Source: Candidatus Binatia bacterium (GTDB lineage Bacteria > Desulfobacterota > Binatia > Bin18). From it: DNA of 64,000 nucleotides. The position numbers and the translations under genes are program-made. Location of the stretch: contig CAXXHG010000040.1 in assembly GCA_963666315.2 (NCBI GenBank), positions 55,149 through 119,148 of the forward strand, in the 5' to 3' direction. Positions 49,694-59,816 of this stretch are shown in pieces. How positions within the stretch are numbered: the stretch's first letter is position 1; every line of letters begins with the position of its first letter. The notes below the pieces were generated by a model. The model was not told the origin of the DNA and searched no databases. It saw nothing but the letters and a program-made list of their open reading frames with translations.

Positions 49694-50254
49694 ATGAGAC
49701 AGACCGGCGTTGTCATTAATAGAGAGAGTTGGCTGCTCTTGATGGACGAGCCACTCTATTCCATCCGCTTTATTGATCGTGAGGGTACGGCGGAATTGGC
49801 CGTTGTCACCCGGGTGGAAGATCTGGAATTGTTTCTCGAAGCGTCTTTGCCGCTCACCCTGGCACTCACAACGTGGCAAAGCCCAGAGAAGACCGGCGTC
49901 GTCGCGATTGGCTATCAACTCCACCCAACTTGGGGCGCTAGCAGGGGCGGCGTTTTCTATCTCAATCCATGTCAGGCAAGCGAGAGCACCATCCTGCACA
50001 AACTCGTGCAGCAGGACAATCTCGCGCTGATCTTCCTGAACAAAGATTGCAGTCTGCATTACACCACGGCTCTCCCTCTTGCCCCCCGACAGCTTGAGAA
50101 ATGGCGGAAATCCCTGGCCGTATTGAACCAAGAATCAGAAGGCAGTCTGCTTGATAGCCAAGAAGACGCAGACGCTGAGTTCGCGACCGCCCTGCATATG
50201 TTTCAGGAGCAGCACAGCCTGGAAGATATTCTCACCGGCAGGTCTCGGACGTAA
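49694..50254 (+). CDS. Hypothetical protein
   Basis: 186-aa ORF with RBS GAGGAG; no family recognised. Confidence 0.65.
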   Translation: MRQTGVVINRESWLLLMDEPLYSIRFIDREGTAELAVVTRVEDLELFLEASLPLTLALTTWQSPEKTGVVAIGYQLHPTWGASRGGVFYLNPCQASESTILHKLVQQDNLALIFLNKDCSLHYTTALPLAPRQLEKWRKSLAVLNQESEGSLLDSQEDADAEFATALHMFQEQHSLEDILTGRSRT

Positions 50255-50379
50255 GTGTTCGCAGCCAAACGCTTGACAGCTAAATCCCAAGAGTGCAAGG
50301 GTTCAGGAACAGTAGAGAAGTCAGGCCTGAGTCAACCGCGCTGCACTAGCAACGTATCAATATTCAAGAGGACGATCCG

Positions 50380-51027
50380 TTTGAGACCCTTATTTACAAG
50401 CGGGCTCACGGACGGCCTGCCGGTTGTTCCCCCAACCGAGGAACGGGTCCCACGTATGCTCGCAAGTGTGGATCGTGACCCACAGCAGGTCTTAGGAACG
50501 GTCGGACCGAACTATGGGCCAGCCAGTGTTGAAAAGGTCGCCATCAATGCCGTTATGGCCGGCTGCCAATCGTCGTATTTTCCGGTTGTGGTTGCCGAAG
50601 TGGAAGCACTGTGTGAGGACCAGTTTGCCGCCCATGCCATCAATGTCACAACATTCTCGGCAACCTCGTTGACGATTATCAATGGTCCGATCCGTCATAC
50701 GATTGGGGTGAATTGCGGGCATAATGCCCTCGGACATGGGTTTCGGGCGAATGCCACAATAGGCAGGTCACTGCGCCTGATTATTCTCAATATTGGCGGT
50801 GGCCCGGAGTCAACGGTGGAGAAGGCGCTGGCATCAGTATGCTGGCGGGTATCAACGTACAGACTCCGCCTGCAACTGATGATACGCTTTATGCAAAGTT
50901 TCCTGCTCCAGAAAGCATCCTTATTTTTGTAGCGAGCGGAACTGCAGGGCGTTTTTTTGCCGTTGTTCCAGGCCTGGTCCGGGGGAGCTCCGGCAGTACG
51001 ATTACTACCAAGGAGATTCGTCAATAA
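50380..51027 (+). pseudogene. UGSC-associated conserved protein, internally deleted and frameshifted
   Basis: GLTDGLPVVPPTEERV..ML, VEKVAINAVMAGC, RANATIGR.LRL...NIGG; abrupt junction near 50800 to a C-terminal ASGTAGRF segment in another frame. Confidence 0.7.
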
Positions 51028-51041
51028 GAAAGGAGAAACGT

Positions 51042-51577
51042 ATGGGAACCTTATTACTTGACCCTACCTCGCAACCGGAACAACACCACAAAGCCTTTGC
51101 CGTCCGACTGGACACGCTGTCGGATAAGACCATAGGCTTATTGGATATTAACAAAGCAAAGGGCGTATTCTTCCTCGACCGCCTTGAGGAAATCTTGCGC
51201 GAACAGTACAGCTTCAAAGAGGTTTTACGACGCACGAAATTGACACCGGGTCGGCCTGCGGCTGAGGCCATTCAGCACGAACTCCAAGAAAAATGTGACG
51301 CCGTCGTCGAAGCGCTCAGCGATTGAGGAGCGTGACGACATCGTGCGAACTGCACGATGTCGTCACGCTGGAAGAAAAGGGGATCCCGACGGTCAATATT
51401 GCAACAACTGAATTCCTGAGTGCTGCCCACGCTCAATGCGCGGCACTAGGCATGCCCCAGTACGAGCCTATTCTCGTCCCGCATCCGATTCAGCCCAAGC
51501 TGCAGGATGAGGTCTGCGTGCTGGCCGACCAGATTGTTGGCAAGTTGCTCAAACAAAAAGTGCAGCAGGCGGCATAA
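51042..51577 (+). pseudogene. UGSC-family thioredoxin-like selenoprotein (in-frame UGA at 51324), frameshifted just after
   Basis: CDAVVEALSD-TGA-GA..., then T.SCELHD...LE.KGIPTV...PHP in a shifted frame; strong hairpin directly after the UGA. Confidence 0.8.
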
Positions 51578-51615
51578 AGGTTGTCTCCTCTCTCTTGAGA
51601 GGGGAGAGTCCACGC

Positions 51616-52515
51616 GTGGATACAACTGTTATCGCTAGTGGTTTAGAGTTTCCCGAAGGACCCGTTTGCGATCCGGACGGGAGTATCTATTTTGTCGAAA
51701 TCAGAGGCGGACGAGTCTGCGAGATTGCTCCAGATGGCACCCTGTCAGTATTCGCCAAGCCGGGTGGCGGTCCGAACGGGGCCGCACGAGGACCGGATGC
51801 GGCATTATACATTACCAACAACGGCGGCTTTACCTGGCGTAAAGGCTTACCCACCGGCCCGGCTTCGGATTACGAGACCGGACGCATCGAACGCATCAAT
51901 ACGAATGCTCAGGGCAATGTCGAACGGATCTATACCTCGTGTGAAGGCGCGCGACTCAGTGCTCCGAACGATTTAGTCTTCGATGCTGAGGGCAATTTTT
52001 ACTTCACCGATCCCATCCATCGTGACCCGGCTGTCCGTGAACTACCCCATCAACCAACCAAGCGCAAAGGCAGTGTTTACTACGCCAGCCCGGATGGTAA
52101 AAACATTCAGCGTGCGGCAACCAATCTTCAGCACCCCAACGGCATCGGTCTCACTCCAAACGGCAAAACTCTGCTTGTGGCGGAAACTTTTGCGTCTGCA
52201 CTGTGCGCTTTTCCCATTCTCGCTCCAGGCGAACTCGGCGAACGCCAGCCATTCTGCAGCCTGCCAAACGGCTATCATCCCGACGGCTTTTGTTTGGATG
52301 AGGAAGGTTATGTCCTCGTTTGTTGTGTTCTAGGAGGTGGGATTATTGTTTTTGATCCCACCGGCAAACAAGTTGATTTGATTCCCAGCGAAGACAAAGT
52401 GGTCACCAACATCGCCTTCGGCGGTTTGGAGTCGAAGACCTTATATATTACTGAGTCCGGGCTGGGCCGGGTTGTGACAATGGAGTGGGGGAGGAAGGGG
52501 TTGGAGTTGCTTTAA
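51616..52515 (+). CDS. SMP-30/gluconolactonase family protein
   Basis: GLEFPEGP, GGGPNGAA.GPD, PNDLVFD, PNGIGL.P, PDGFC.D, TNIAFGG. Confidence 0.92.
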   Translation: MDTTVIASGLEFPEGPVCDPDGSIYFVEIRGGRVCEIAPDGTLSVFAKPGGGPNGAARGPDAALYITNNGGFTWRKGLPTGPASDYETGRIERINTNAQGNVERIYTSCEGARLSAPNDLVFDAEGNFYFTDPIHRDPAVRELPHQPTKRKGSVYYASPDGKNIQRAATNLQHPNGIGLTPNGKTLLVAETFASALCAFPILAPGELGERQPFCSLPNGYHPDGFCLDEEGYVLVCCVLGGGIIVFDPTGKQVDLIPSEDKVVTNIAFGGLESKTLYITESGLGRVVTMEWGRKGLELL

Positions 52516-52537
52516 GAAATACGACTTCGCCCTACAA

Positions 52538-52570
52538 GATGAGGAAGTAGGGTGGGTCCGAGGACCCACC
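52538..52570. repeat. GTAG-type REP-like element
   Basis: gatgaggaaGTAGGGTGGGTCCgaGGACCCACC; the 15-mer gatgaggaagtaggg recurs at 38125-38139. Confidence 0.6.
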
Positions 52571-52576
52571 AAATGG

Positions 52577-53206
52577 CTACAAATTCGTCCGATAATCCTG
52601 CTCCACAAACTCATCTATCTGCTCGGCCATTTTACTGTCGCCACCCATCTTGGCCGCCAGGATCTTGCCAAACGATATCTTCAGCCGCTCGGACCAGGTG
52701 TCGGGCTGCCATAGTTGGGCACGAATAAACGCCTTGGCGCAGTGGTAGAACACCTCTTTGATGTTCACCCGAATAGCAACCACTGCGGGTTTTCCGCGTG
52801 CGGATAGACGTTCTAGAAGTTCCGGGTCAGCGGTGAGTTCGGCCGTGCCGTTTATACGGAGCGTCTCAGAGGTACCCGGTAGGAGAAAGATCAACCCTAT
52901 ATGTGGATTGGCCAGAATATTGGTCAAACCAAAAATAAGCTTATTGCCCGAACGATCAGGGATGAGCAGAGTCGTGTCGTCCTCGATGGCCACAAATCCA
53001 GGACCGTCGCCTTTTGGGGAGACATCTTGATTGCCCTCTACGTCTGCGGTGGCCAGCAGCAAAAACGGCGAGCGTTTGATAAAGTCCATACAGGCCTCAT
53101 CCAGCTCTGTCCATAACTTGTGAGGGACGAGTTCGCCTGGGGACCCAACTAATTCACGCAGTTGCTCTGCGCTGGTGATACGATGGGGATCTGCCGTTAC
53201 GGTCAT
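52577..53206 (-). CDS. MSMEG_1061-type pyridoxamine 5'-phosphate oxidase family protein
   Basis: DVSPKGDGPGFV, PDRSGN, YHCAKAF.RA.LW. Confidence 0.88.
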   Translation of the reverse strand: MTVTADPHRITSAEQLRELVGSPGELVPHKLWTELDEACMDFIKRSPFLLLATADVEGNQDVSPKGDGPGFVAIEDDTTLLIPDRSGNKLIFGLTNILANPHIGLIFLLPGTSETLRINGTAELTADPELLERLSARGKPAVVAIRVNIKEVFYHCAKAFIRAQLWQPDTWSERLKISFGKILAAKMGGDSKMAEQIDEFVEQDYRTNL

Positions 53207-53302
53207 ACGCATGTCTCCTTGGGCACCGGAATGTCCCTTCCTTTCTACGCAAAACGCGATAAAGTGCAAGCTTCACATGCACCCAAAAAGGGAGGATTCA
53301 TC

Positions 53303-54100
53303 ATGGCAGAGCTCACTGTTGAAGTGAAGAACCGAGTCGGTATCCTGACTCTAAATCGCCCCGATAAACTGAATGCCCTGACACGGGACATGGGCCGCAC
53401 GGCAGTCGCTACGCTCCGGGAAATGGCGGAGGACCCCGATATTGGCGCTATTGTCCTCACCGGGGCAGGCCGAGGCTTTTGTGCGGGTGGTGATGTGTCA
53501 GCCATGCAAAAGGGGGAAGAAATCGGCAGCAAGGATACCACCCTAGAGCAACAGATCGATCAGCTGCGCGAAGGCCACACCTGGCCGTGGCTGCTGCACA
53601 ACATGCCCAAGGTTACAATTGCGGTGATTAACGGCCCAGCCGCCGGGGCCGGGTTGGGACTGTCCTTGTCGTGCGACCTGCGTTTTGCGTCAGATCAAGC
53701 TCGACTAGGAACAGCCTATGCACGCGTGGGATATGGTGGCGATTATGGCACCACTTGGCAGCTCGCCCGCCTGGTCGGACAGGCCAAGGCCAAAGAGCTG
53801 TTCTTTTTGCCGGACATGATTACTGCGGACGAAGCGCTTCGGATCGGCCTGGTCAATCGTGTTTTCCCGCATGATCAGCTCATGAGTGCATCCCTGGAAC
53901 TGGCCGAACGCATCGCGTCCGGGCCACTGGTGAGTTATCGCTATATGAAGGCCAACGTGAATGCGGCGGGCGGCGTTGATTTTAGAACTATGCTCGACCG
54001 TGAGTCGGAAACGCATCTGCGTTGTGGTCAGACCGAAGATCATAAAGAAGGCGTGAATGCGTTTATGGATAAGCGCCAGCCGGTTTTCCGAGGCCGATAG
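53303..54100 (+). CDS. Enoyl-CoA hydratase/isomerase family protein
   Basis: LNRPDKLNAL, GAGRGFCAGGDV, NGPAAGAG..L.L.CDLR. Confidence 0.92.
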   Translation: MAELTVEVKNRVGILTLNRPDKLNALTRDMGRTAVATLREMAEDPDIGAIVLTGAGRGFCAGGDVSAMQKGEEIGSKDTTLEQQIDQLREGHTWPWLLHNMPKVTIAVINGPAAGAGLGLSLSCDLRFASDQARLGTAYARVGYGGDYGTTWQLARLVGQAKAKELFFLPDMITADEALRIGLVNRVFPHDQLMSASLELAERIASGPLVSYRYMKANVNAAGGVDFRTMLDRESETHLRCGQTEDHKEGVNAFMDKRQPVFRGR

Positions 54101-54192
54101 AGGGGAGAATACTAAGAGATTTTTCGCTCGTGCTGAGCGCGCGCGTAGCGCTCTTGCTCAGAAAGACACACGCTTAGAAAAAGGAGAAAACA

Positions 54193-55044
54193 ATGCCAGA
54201 TCTCACACCTCAGGTTCTTGCAGACGGCTTTATCTTTCTGGAAGGTCCGCGTTGGCACGACGGCAAACTGTGGGTTTCCGATATGTTTGCCGAAAAGATA
54301 GTGACCGTGGACATGCAGGGTCATACCGAGCAGGTGGCAACGGTTCCCGAGCGCCCGTCGGGACTGGGCTTCCTTCCAGATGGACGCCTGCTCATCGTGT
54401 CCATGCGCAACAAAAAGCTGCTGCGCAAAGACCCGGATGGCCTCAAAGAAGTGGCCGATGTGTCTTCCCTGGTCCGGGGCGATATTAATGACATGGTCGT
54501 GGATGCTCAGGGCCGAGCGTATATCGGTAGCTTCGGCTACGACCTGATGGGCGGTGAAGAAGCCAAACCCGCAAACATTGTGCTGGTCACGCCCGAAGGA
54601 CAAGTCAGTGTGGCTGCCGATGATTTGGGATTCCCAAACGGAACGGTCATTAGCCCGGACGGCAAGACTATGATCGTGGCCGAGACGTTTGCCAACTGCT
54701 TATCCGCGTTTAGTATTGCCGACGACGGCACGCTGTCTGACCGACGCACGTTTGCCCAGCTGGGCGAAGCCACACCGGACGGCATTTGTCTCGACGCCGA
54801 GGGAGCGGTGTGGGTGAGTTCGTTCGTGACGGGTGAGTTTATTCGGGTGAAAGACAGCGGAGAAGTCACACAACGGATTCCCGTCCCCAACAAACGAGCG
54901 GTGGCCTGCATGCTAGGCGGAGAAGGCCGACGCACACTCTTCATGCTCACCGCCGCAACAACAGTTGAGGAACTGGCCAAGGGGAATTCAAAAGCCTTTA
55001 TTGAGACCGTTCAGGTTGAGGTCCCAGGCGCAGGGCTGCCATAG
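54193..55044 (+). CDS. SMP-30/gluconolactonase family protein
   Basis: EGPRWHDG.LW.SD, PSGLGFLPDG, NDMVVD, FPNG, PDGICLDAEG. Confidence 0.92.
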   Translation: MPDLTPQVLADGFIFLEGPRWHDGKLWVSDMFAEKIVTVDMQGHTEQVATVPERPSGLGFLPDGRLLIVSMRNKKLLRKDPDGLKEVADVSSLVRGDINDMVVDAQGRAYIGSFGYDLMGGEEAKPANIVLVTPEGQVSVAADDLGFPNGTVISPDGKTMIVAETFANCLSAFSIADDGTLSDRRTFAQLGEATPDGICLDAEGAVWVSSFVTGEFIRVKDSGEVTQRIPVPNKRAVACMLGGEGRRTLFMLTAATTVEELAKGNSKAFIETVQVEVPGAGLP

Positions 55045-55094
55045 CCGACGGGGAAACCCTAGCCGCGCGCCCTCTCCTGCGTTAATCTCAAGAC

Positions 55095-55526
55095 ATGCCA
55101 GAGACAATCTTCTCAAAAATCATTGCTGGCGAGATTCCGTGCCACAAAGTCTACGAAGATGATAAGGTCTTTGCCTTTCTTGATATTGGTCCTTTGAGCA
55201 AAGGGCATACCTTAGTCATTCCAAAGGAGACAGCCGAAACTATTGACCAGCTGTCCGATGACTCGGCGGCTGCCCTTGGGCGCGTCCTGCCGCGCCTTGG
55301 TCGTGCGGTGCTCAAAGCGACTGGTGCAACCGCGTTTAACATCTTGCAAAATAATGGCTCCGCAGCCCATCAGGTCGTCATGCACGTCCACTTCCATATT
55401 ATTCCCAAATTTGCAGAGTCAGCTGACGATTCAGGTCTCGGTATTGCATGGCCTGCGGGAACGCTTGAGAATGAGGCAGGCGAGCGGCTGGCAGCAGATA
55501 TCGCAGCAGCACTAGATGCAGGGTAA
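55095..55526 (+). CDS. HIT family nucleotide hydrolase
   Basis: IFSKIIAGEIP, GHTLVIPK, HVHFHIIP. Confidence 0.93.
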   Translation: MPETIFSKIIAGEIPCHKVYEDDKVFAFLDIGPLSKGHTLVIPKETAETIDQLSDDSAAALGRVLPRLGRAVLKATGATAFNILQNNGSAAHQVVMHVHFHIIPKFAESADDSGLGIAWPAGTLENEAGERLAADIAAALDAG

Positions 55527-55690
55527 GTTGACGCGCTGGAGAGCCGGTCCTACACTCTCGATATTCTCAGCGGCATTCATCGACGTGACGGCGTCTTTCG
55601 AAAACTTGTAAAAACTTGTGAAAACGTGGAGCATCCCAACAATGCGCAGACATTGGGGCCAAGACATTGGAATAATGAGGAGGAGAAAGC

Positions 55691-56080
55691 GTGCCAGCCT
55701 CTGAAACAGTTACACGAGGGATACGTATCAGCGTCGAAACCACATACGACCCGACCCGCTCCTCTCCTCAGCAGAGCCAGTGGTTCTTCCTGTATACCAT
55801 TCGCATTACAAACGAGGGTCCTGTCACTGCCCAGCTCATCAGTCGGCACTGGATTATTACCGATGCCACCGGCCATGTGGAGGAAGTCAAAGGACCGGGC
55901 GTGGTTGGCGAACAGCCCAGACTCACGCAGGGACAGTCGTTCGAATACACCTCCGGCTGTCCCCTCGCCACACCCTTTGGCTCCATGCGCGGCACGTATC
56001 AAATGATGACGGCAGACGGGCAACAGTTTGATGCTGAAATCGCCGAATTCATTTTGCGCGAACCGCACGCCATGCATTAG
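55691..56080 (+). CDS. apaG: ApaG protein
   Basis: YTIRITN, QLISRHWIITD, V.GPGVVGEQP, FEYTSGCPL.TP.G.M.G.Y. Confidence 0.95.
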   Translation: MPASETVTRGIRISVETTYDPTRSSPQQSQWFFLYTIRITNEGPVTAQLISRHWIITDATGHVEEVKGPGVVGEQPRLTQGQSFEYTSGCPLATPFGSMRGTYQMMTADGQQFDAEIAEFILREPHAMH

Positions 56081-56190
56081 TATTGGGCATGTCATTTCTC
56101 AATTGTCTTACTTGTCTCACTGGTAGACGCACGCGGCCAGACGGCCCCTTCTAGATCGCCGCATGAGGTTATCTGCAAGAGGTCAGCTGT

Positions 56191-57096
56191 ATGAATACTG
56201 CCGTCGGCTTTATTGGACTAGGAAGAATGGGCCTCCCCATGGCCCAACATCTTCTTGATGCCGATTTCTCACTCAGCGTCTTTAACCGCACCGCTGCTCG
56301 TGCTGACGCGTTGCTTCAGCGCGGGGCCCAGTGGGCGGCGTCTCCACAGGCGCTTGCCGAACAATGCGACATTGTGGTCAGCATGATTGCCGATGACGCA
56401 GCCCTGCGCACCATCGCCCTCGGCGAGCAGGGCATCTTGGCCGGTCTCAAACAGGACGGTATTCACGTTGATATGAGCACGGTCTCGCCGGATGTCACAC
56501 AGGAATTGGTTCCGCTATACCGAGAACGGGGGACTCATTTTGTTGCCTCCCCGGTCTTTGGCCGTCCCGAGGCTGCGGCCGCCGCAAAATTGTGGATCTG
56601 CCCGGCTGGTCCGACCGCGGTTGTTGATCGTTGTCGCCCACTGTTTGACGCCATGGGGCAGGGTGTCATCCTCGTTGGGGAAGAGGCGCACTTAGCCAAT
56701 GTCTTAAAATTGGTTGGAAATTTTTTTGTCATCGCAGCCATCGAAACCTTAGGTGAGGCGTTTACATTGGCAGAAAAAGGGGGACTCAAAAACGAAACGG
56801 TCTTGGATCTGATTCAGGCCCTCTTGCCTGTCCCCTTATTTCAGGGATATGGCAGTCGTATTGCCAAGCACGAGTACACTCCAGCCGGCTTTGCCTTAGC
56901 GCTCGGACTCAAGGATGTCGGTCTGATGCAAAAATTGGCCAAAGACGTCGTCGCCCCCTTGCCTCTGGCCGACTTGGCCGGCAATCATCTGCGGGCTGCC
57001 TTTGCCAGAGGACGGGGCGATCTCGACTGGGGAGCACTGGCTACCGTCATCCGCGAGATGGCCGGCCTCCCGTCCGGCGCGGAAGAGGCACAATAG
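56191..57096 (+). CDS. NAD(P)-dependent 3-hydroxyisobutyrate/6-phosphogluconate dehydrogenase family protein
   Basis: GFIGLGRMG, DMSTVSP, PVFGRPEAA, KLVGN, LGLKD. Confidence 0.9.
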   Translation: MNTAVGFIGLGRMGLPMAQHLLDADFSLSVFNRTAARADALLQRGAQWAASPQALAEQCDIVVSMIADDAALRTIALGEQGILAGLKQDGIHVDMSTVSPDVTQELVPLYRERGTHFVASPVFGRPEAAAAAKLWICPAGPTAVVDRCRPLFDAMGQGVILVGEEAHLANVLKLVGNFFVIAAIETLGEAFTLAEKGGLKNETVLDLIQALLPVPLFQGYGSRIAKHEYTPAGFALALGLKDVGLMQKLAKDVVAPLPLADLAGNHLRAAFARGRGDLDWGALATVIREMAGLPSGAEEAQ

Positions 57097-57181
57097 GCAT
57101 CTCAGGCATCTCGAGAAAGACGAACTCCTTGCCCTGTGTGTTTCTCTTCAGCTGGCCCGTGTCATGTGGAGGACGGCTCTG

Positions 57182-58198
57182 ATGACAGCGGCTCAGAAAA
57201 AGCGTGGTTTACGGATTGGTGCCGCCCTCCTCGGCCTCAGCCTGCTTGGGTTTATATTCTGGAAGATAGGTCTCACTGAGGTGTCGCAGCATCTCTACTC
57301 TATTGGCTGGTTGGCTCCGCTTCTCCTCATTCCACAGAGCTGTGTCGCCCTGTTCGATGCCAAGGGCTGGGGCTGTACCATGGCCAACCGGACAAATGCT
57401 GGCCAGCTCTCGCTCCTGCGGCTCTCTTTGACTCGGTTGGCTGGTGAGGCGATTAATAACCTGACACCAACGGCCAATATGGGCGGTGAAGCCGTAAAGG
57501 TCTATCTACTGCGAAAATATGGCGTGACAGCCGATGTTGGTGCTGCTTCCGTTGTTGCAGCGAAAACTGCGCTGACCGTGTCACAAGTTGCCTTTATTGT
57601 GCTTGGCTTGCCGTTTTTCCTGTACCGGATGGATATTGGCTATCATGCGTGGTGGATCTTTGGCAGCGTCTTCGCGCTTGCGTATGGATTCATTATGGCT
57701 TTAGTCCGCTGGCAAAGACGGGGGATCGTTGAAAAATGTGTCGACTGGCTGAGACGTCGATTTCCACACCGGAACCGCTTGGAACGCTTGCAAGAACGGG
57801 CCAAGCAGATCGATGAGCACCTCTTTCATTTATATGCTGGTGATGCCAAAGATTTCGTTGCCGCAAGCCTGTATCACTTTCTCGGTTGGGTGTTTGGCGC
57901 GGTGGAAATATATGTCTTCTTTGCCCTTATCGGAACAGAGGCCAGCTGGATGGACGCCCTCATCATCGAAAGCATGATTCAACCCATCACCGCTGCATCC
58001 CTCGTCATTCCTGGCGCATTGGGTGTGCGTGAAGTCGGAGGCGTGTTTCTGTGCGGCCTGCTTGGCATTGGGGAAGGGGCCGGCCTGACCCTCATGGTTC
58101 TCAAGCGGGCGCGCGAGGCAGTGTACAACATGGTGGGCCTGTTCGTCTTAGCCCGGGCTGGGTACTCATTTTTTCCGCAAAAAGTGTCGGCATCGTAG
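57182..58198 (+). CDS. HpnL-like / lysylphosphatidylglycerol-synthase TM (flippase-like) membrane protein
   Basis: RLAGEAINNLTPTANMGGEAVKV, PGALGVRE.G, KRARE; adjacent to hpnJ. Confidence 0.8.
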   Translation: MTAAQKKRGLRIGAALLGLSLLGFIFWKIGLTEVSQHLYSIGWLAPLLLIPQSCVALFDAKGWGCTMANRTNAGQLSLLRLSLTRLAGEAINNLTPTANMGGEAVKVYLLRKYGVTADVGAASVVAAKTALTVSQVAFIVLGLPFFLYRMDIGYHAWWIFGSVFALAYGFIMALVRWQRRGIVEKCVDWLRRRFPHRNRLERLQERAKQIDEHLFHLYAGDAKDFVAASLYHFLGWVFGAVEIYVFFALIGTEASWMDALIIESMIQPITAASLVIPGALGVREVGGVFLCGLLGIGEGAGLTLMVLKRAREAVYNMVGLFVLARAGYSFFPQKVSAS

Positions 58199-58346
58199 CC
58201 GTCGCATAACTCCTCGTGCTTGCTATTTTTATTCGCTTCCATGTGTATAATGATTCGTTCGGAGGGATGGTCTGTTCTGAGACAGAACAGAGAAGGTAGG
58301 TCTGCTGCTATGCGGACTTGGCAGACCGAGAAGGAGAGATGTACGA

Positions 58347-59816
58347 ATGCGCACATTGTTTTTAAATCCGCCTGCGTATGAGAACTTTGACGGCGGAGCA
58401 GGCTCACGTTACCAGGCAACACGCGAGGTTTGGTCATTTTGGTACCCCACCTGGCTGTGTTACCCAGCGGGGATGATCAAAGGCAGTCGTGTTCTGGATG
58501 CCCCACCCGAGGGGATAAACCAAGCCCAGACCGTTGATATTGCCAAAGAGTATGACTTTATTGTTCTGCATACCAGCACGCCGTCTGTAACATTGGATGC
58601 TCGTACGGCAGAAATGATCAAAGAAATGAACCCCAATTGTACTATTGCTTTTGTGGGTGGTCATGCCACGGCGGAGCCGGAACAAACCCTGCAAATTTCG
58701 GAAGCGATCGATATCGCCGCTCGCAAAGAATTCGACCATTCGATGAAAGAGGTCGCTGAGGGCTGGGATTGGAAGGACATTCGAGGCATTAGCTACCGCA
58801 AAAACGGACAGATCTCCCACAACATGGAACGTCTGCCACTGACGAATGAAGAGCTCGATCAACTCCCCTTTGTCACCCAGATTTATGACCGCGACCTCAA
58901 CTTTCGTAAATACAACAGCCCATATTGCCAGTACCCATACGTATCCCTCTACACCGGGCGCGGCTGTCCGGCCCGCTGCACCTTTTGTCTGTGGCCGCAA
59001 GTGACAACAGGGCATTCCTATCGCACCCGTTCCGTTGGGAATGTGATTGAAGAAGTCCAGGAGATGAAACGACTCTTTCCCGGCATGAAAGAGGTCTTTT
59101 TTGACGACGATACCTTTACTGCCGACGCCAAGCGGGCGCGTGAGATTGCCACTAGACTCAAATCCCTCGGACTGTGCTGGTCCACCAACGCGCGTGGCAA
59201 TGTCGATTACGAAACGCTCAAAGTACTCAAAGATGGCGGGCTGCGGTTGTTTGTGGTCGGCTACGAGTCCGGCAATGCCCAAATCCTCAAGAATATTAAG
59301 AAAGGCGTTGCCTTAGAAACTTCACGCCGCTTTACCAAAGACTGTCACAAGGTCGGTATTTTAATACACGGAACTTTTATTTTGGGTTTGCCTGGTGAAA
59401 CTCGCGAAACTATGCAGGAAACCATGCGCTTTGCGCGAGAAATGAGTCCGGAAACCATTCAGGTTTCTCTGGCGTCACCCTACCCTGGTACCGCATTTTA
59501 CGATTTTGCACTCGAGAACGGCTATATTAAAGCGGACGATCTGGTCGGTGAGTCCGGCTATCAGAAGTGTGTGATTAACTATCCAAACCTGTCTGGGGAG
59601 GAGATCTTTGAAACGCTCGAGAAATTTTACCGCTCCTATTACCTGCGTCCGAGTTACATCTTTAAGGCTGTAAAAAAGATGGCGCGCGATCCGGAAGAAC
59701 GCAAACGCATGTGGCAGGAAGGCAAGGACTTCTTTCGCTCGATGCGCAAGCGCCGAGAGATGAACACTGCGGCGGACACGTCTTCTGCGGACACAGCCTC
59801 CTCGCCCGCCGCTTAG
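58347..59816 (+). CDS. hpnJ: Hopanoid biosynthesis radical SAM protein HpnJ
   Basis: FDGGAGSRYQA.RE..SFWYPTWL; GRGCPARCTFCLWPQ (CxxxCxxC); FFDDDTFT. Confidence 0.93.
   Translation: MRTLFLNPPAYENFDGGAGSRYQATREVWSFWYPTWLCYPAGMIKGSRVLDAPPEGINQAQTVDIAKEYDFIVLHTSTPSVTLDARTAEMIKEMNPNCTIAFVGGHATAEPEQTLQISEAIDIAARKEFDHSMKEVAEGWDWKDIRGISYRKNGQISHNMERLPLTNEELDQLPFVTQIYDRDLNFRKYNSPYCQYPYVSLYTGRGCPARCTFCLWPQVTTGHSYRTRSVGNVIEEVQEMKRLFPGMKEVFFDDDTFTADAKRAREIATRLKSLGLCWSTNARGNVDYETLKVLKDGGLRLFVVGYESGNAQILKNIKKGVALETSRRFTKDCHKVGILIHGTFILGLPGETRETMQETMRFAREMSPETIQVSLASPYPGTAFYDFALENGYIKADDLVGESGYQKCVINYPNLSGEEIFETLEKFYRSYYLRPSYIFKAVKKMARDPEERKRMWQEGKDFFRSMRKRREMNTAADTSSADTASSPAA

Noticed and set aside
49496-50131. 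211-aa minus-strand ORF with a QTWQTW repeat
   Set aside because: It is antisense to the RBS-bearing 49694 gene, and the repeat is just the 9-bp VNTR read through.
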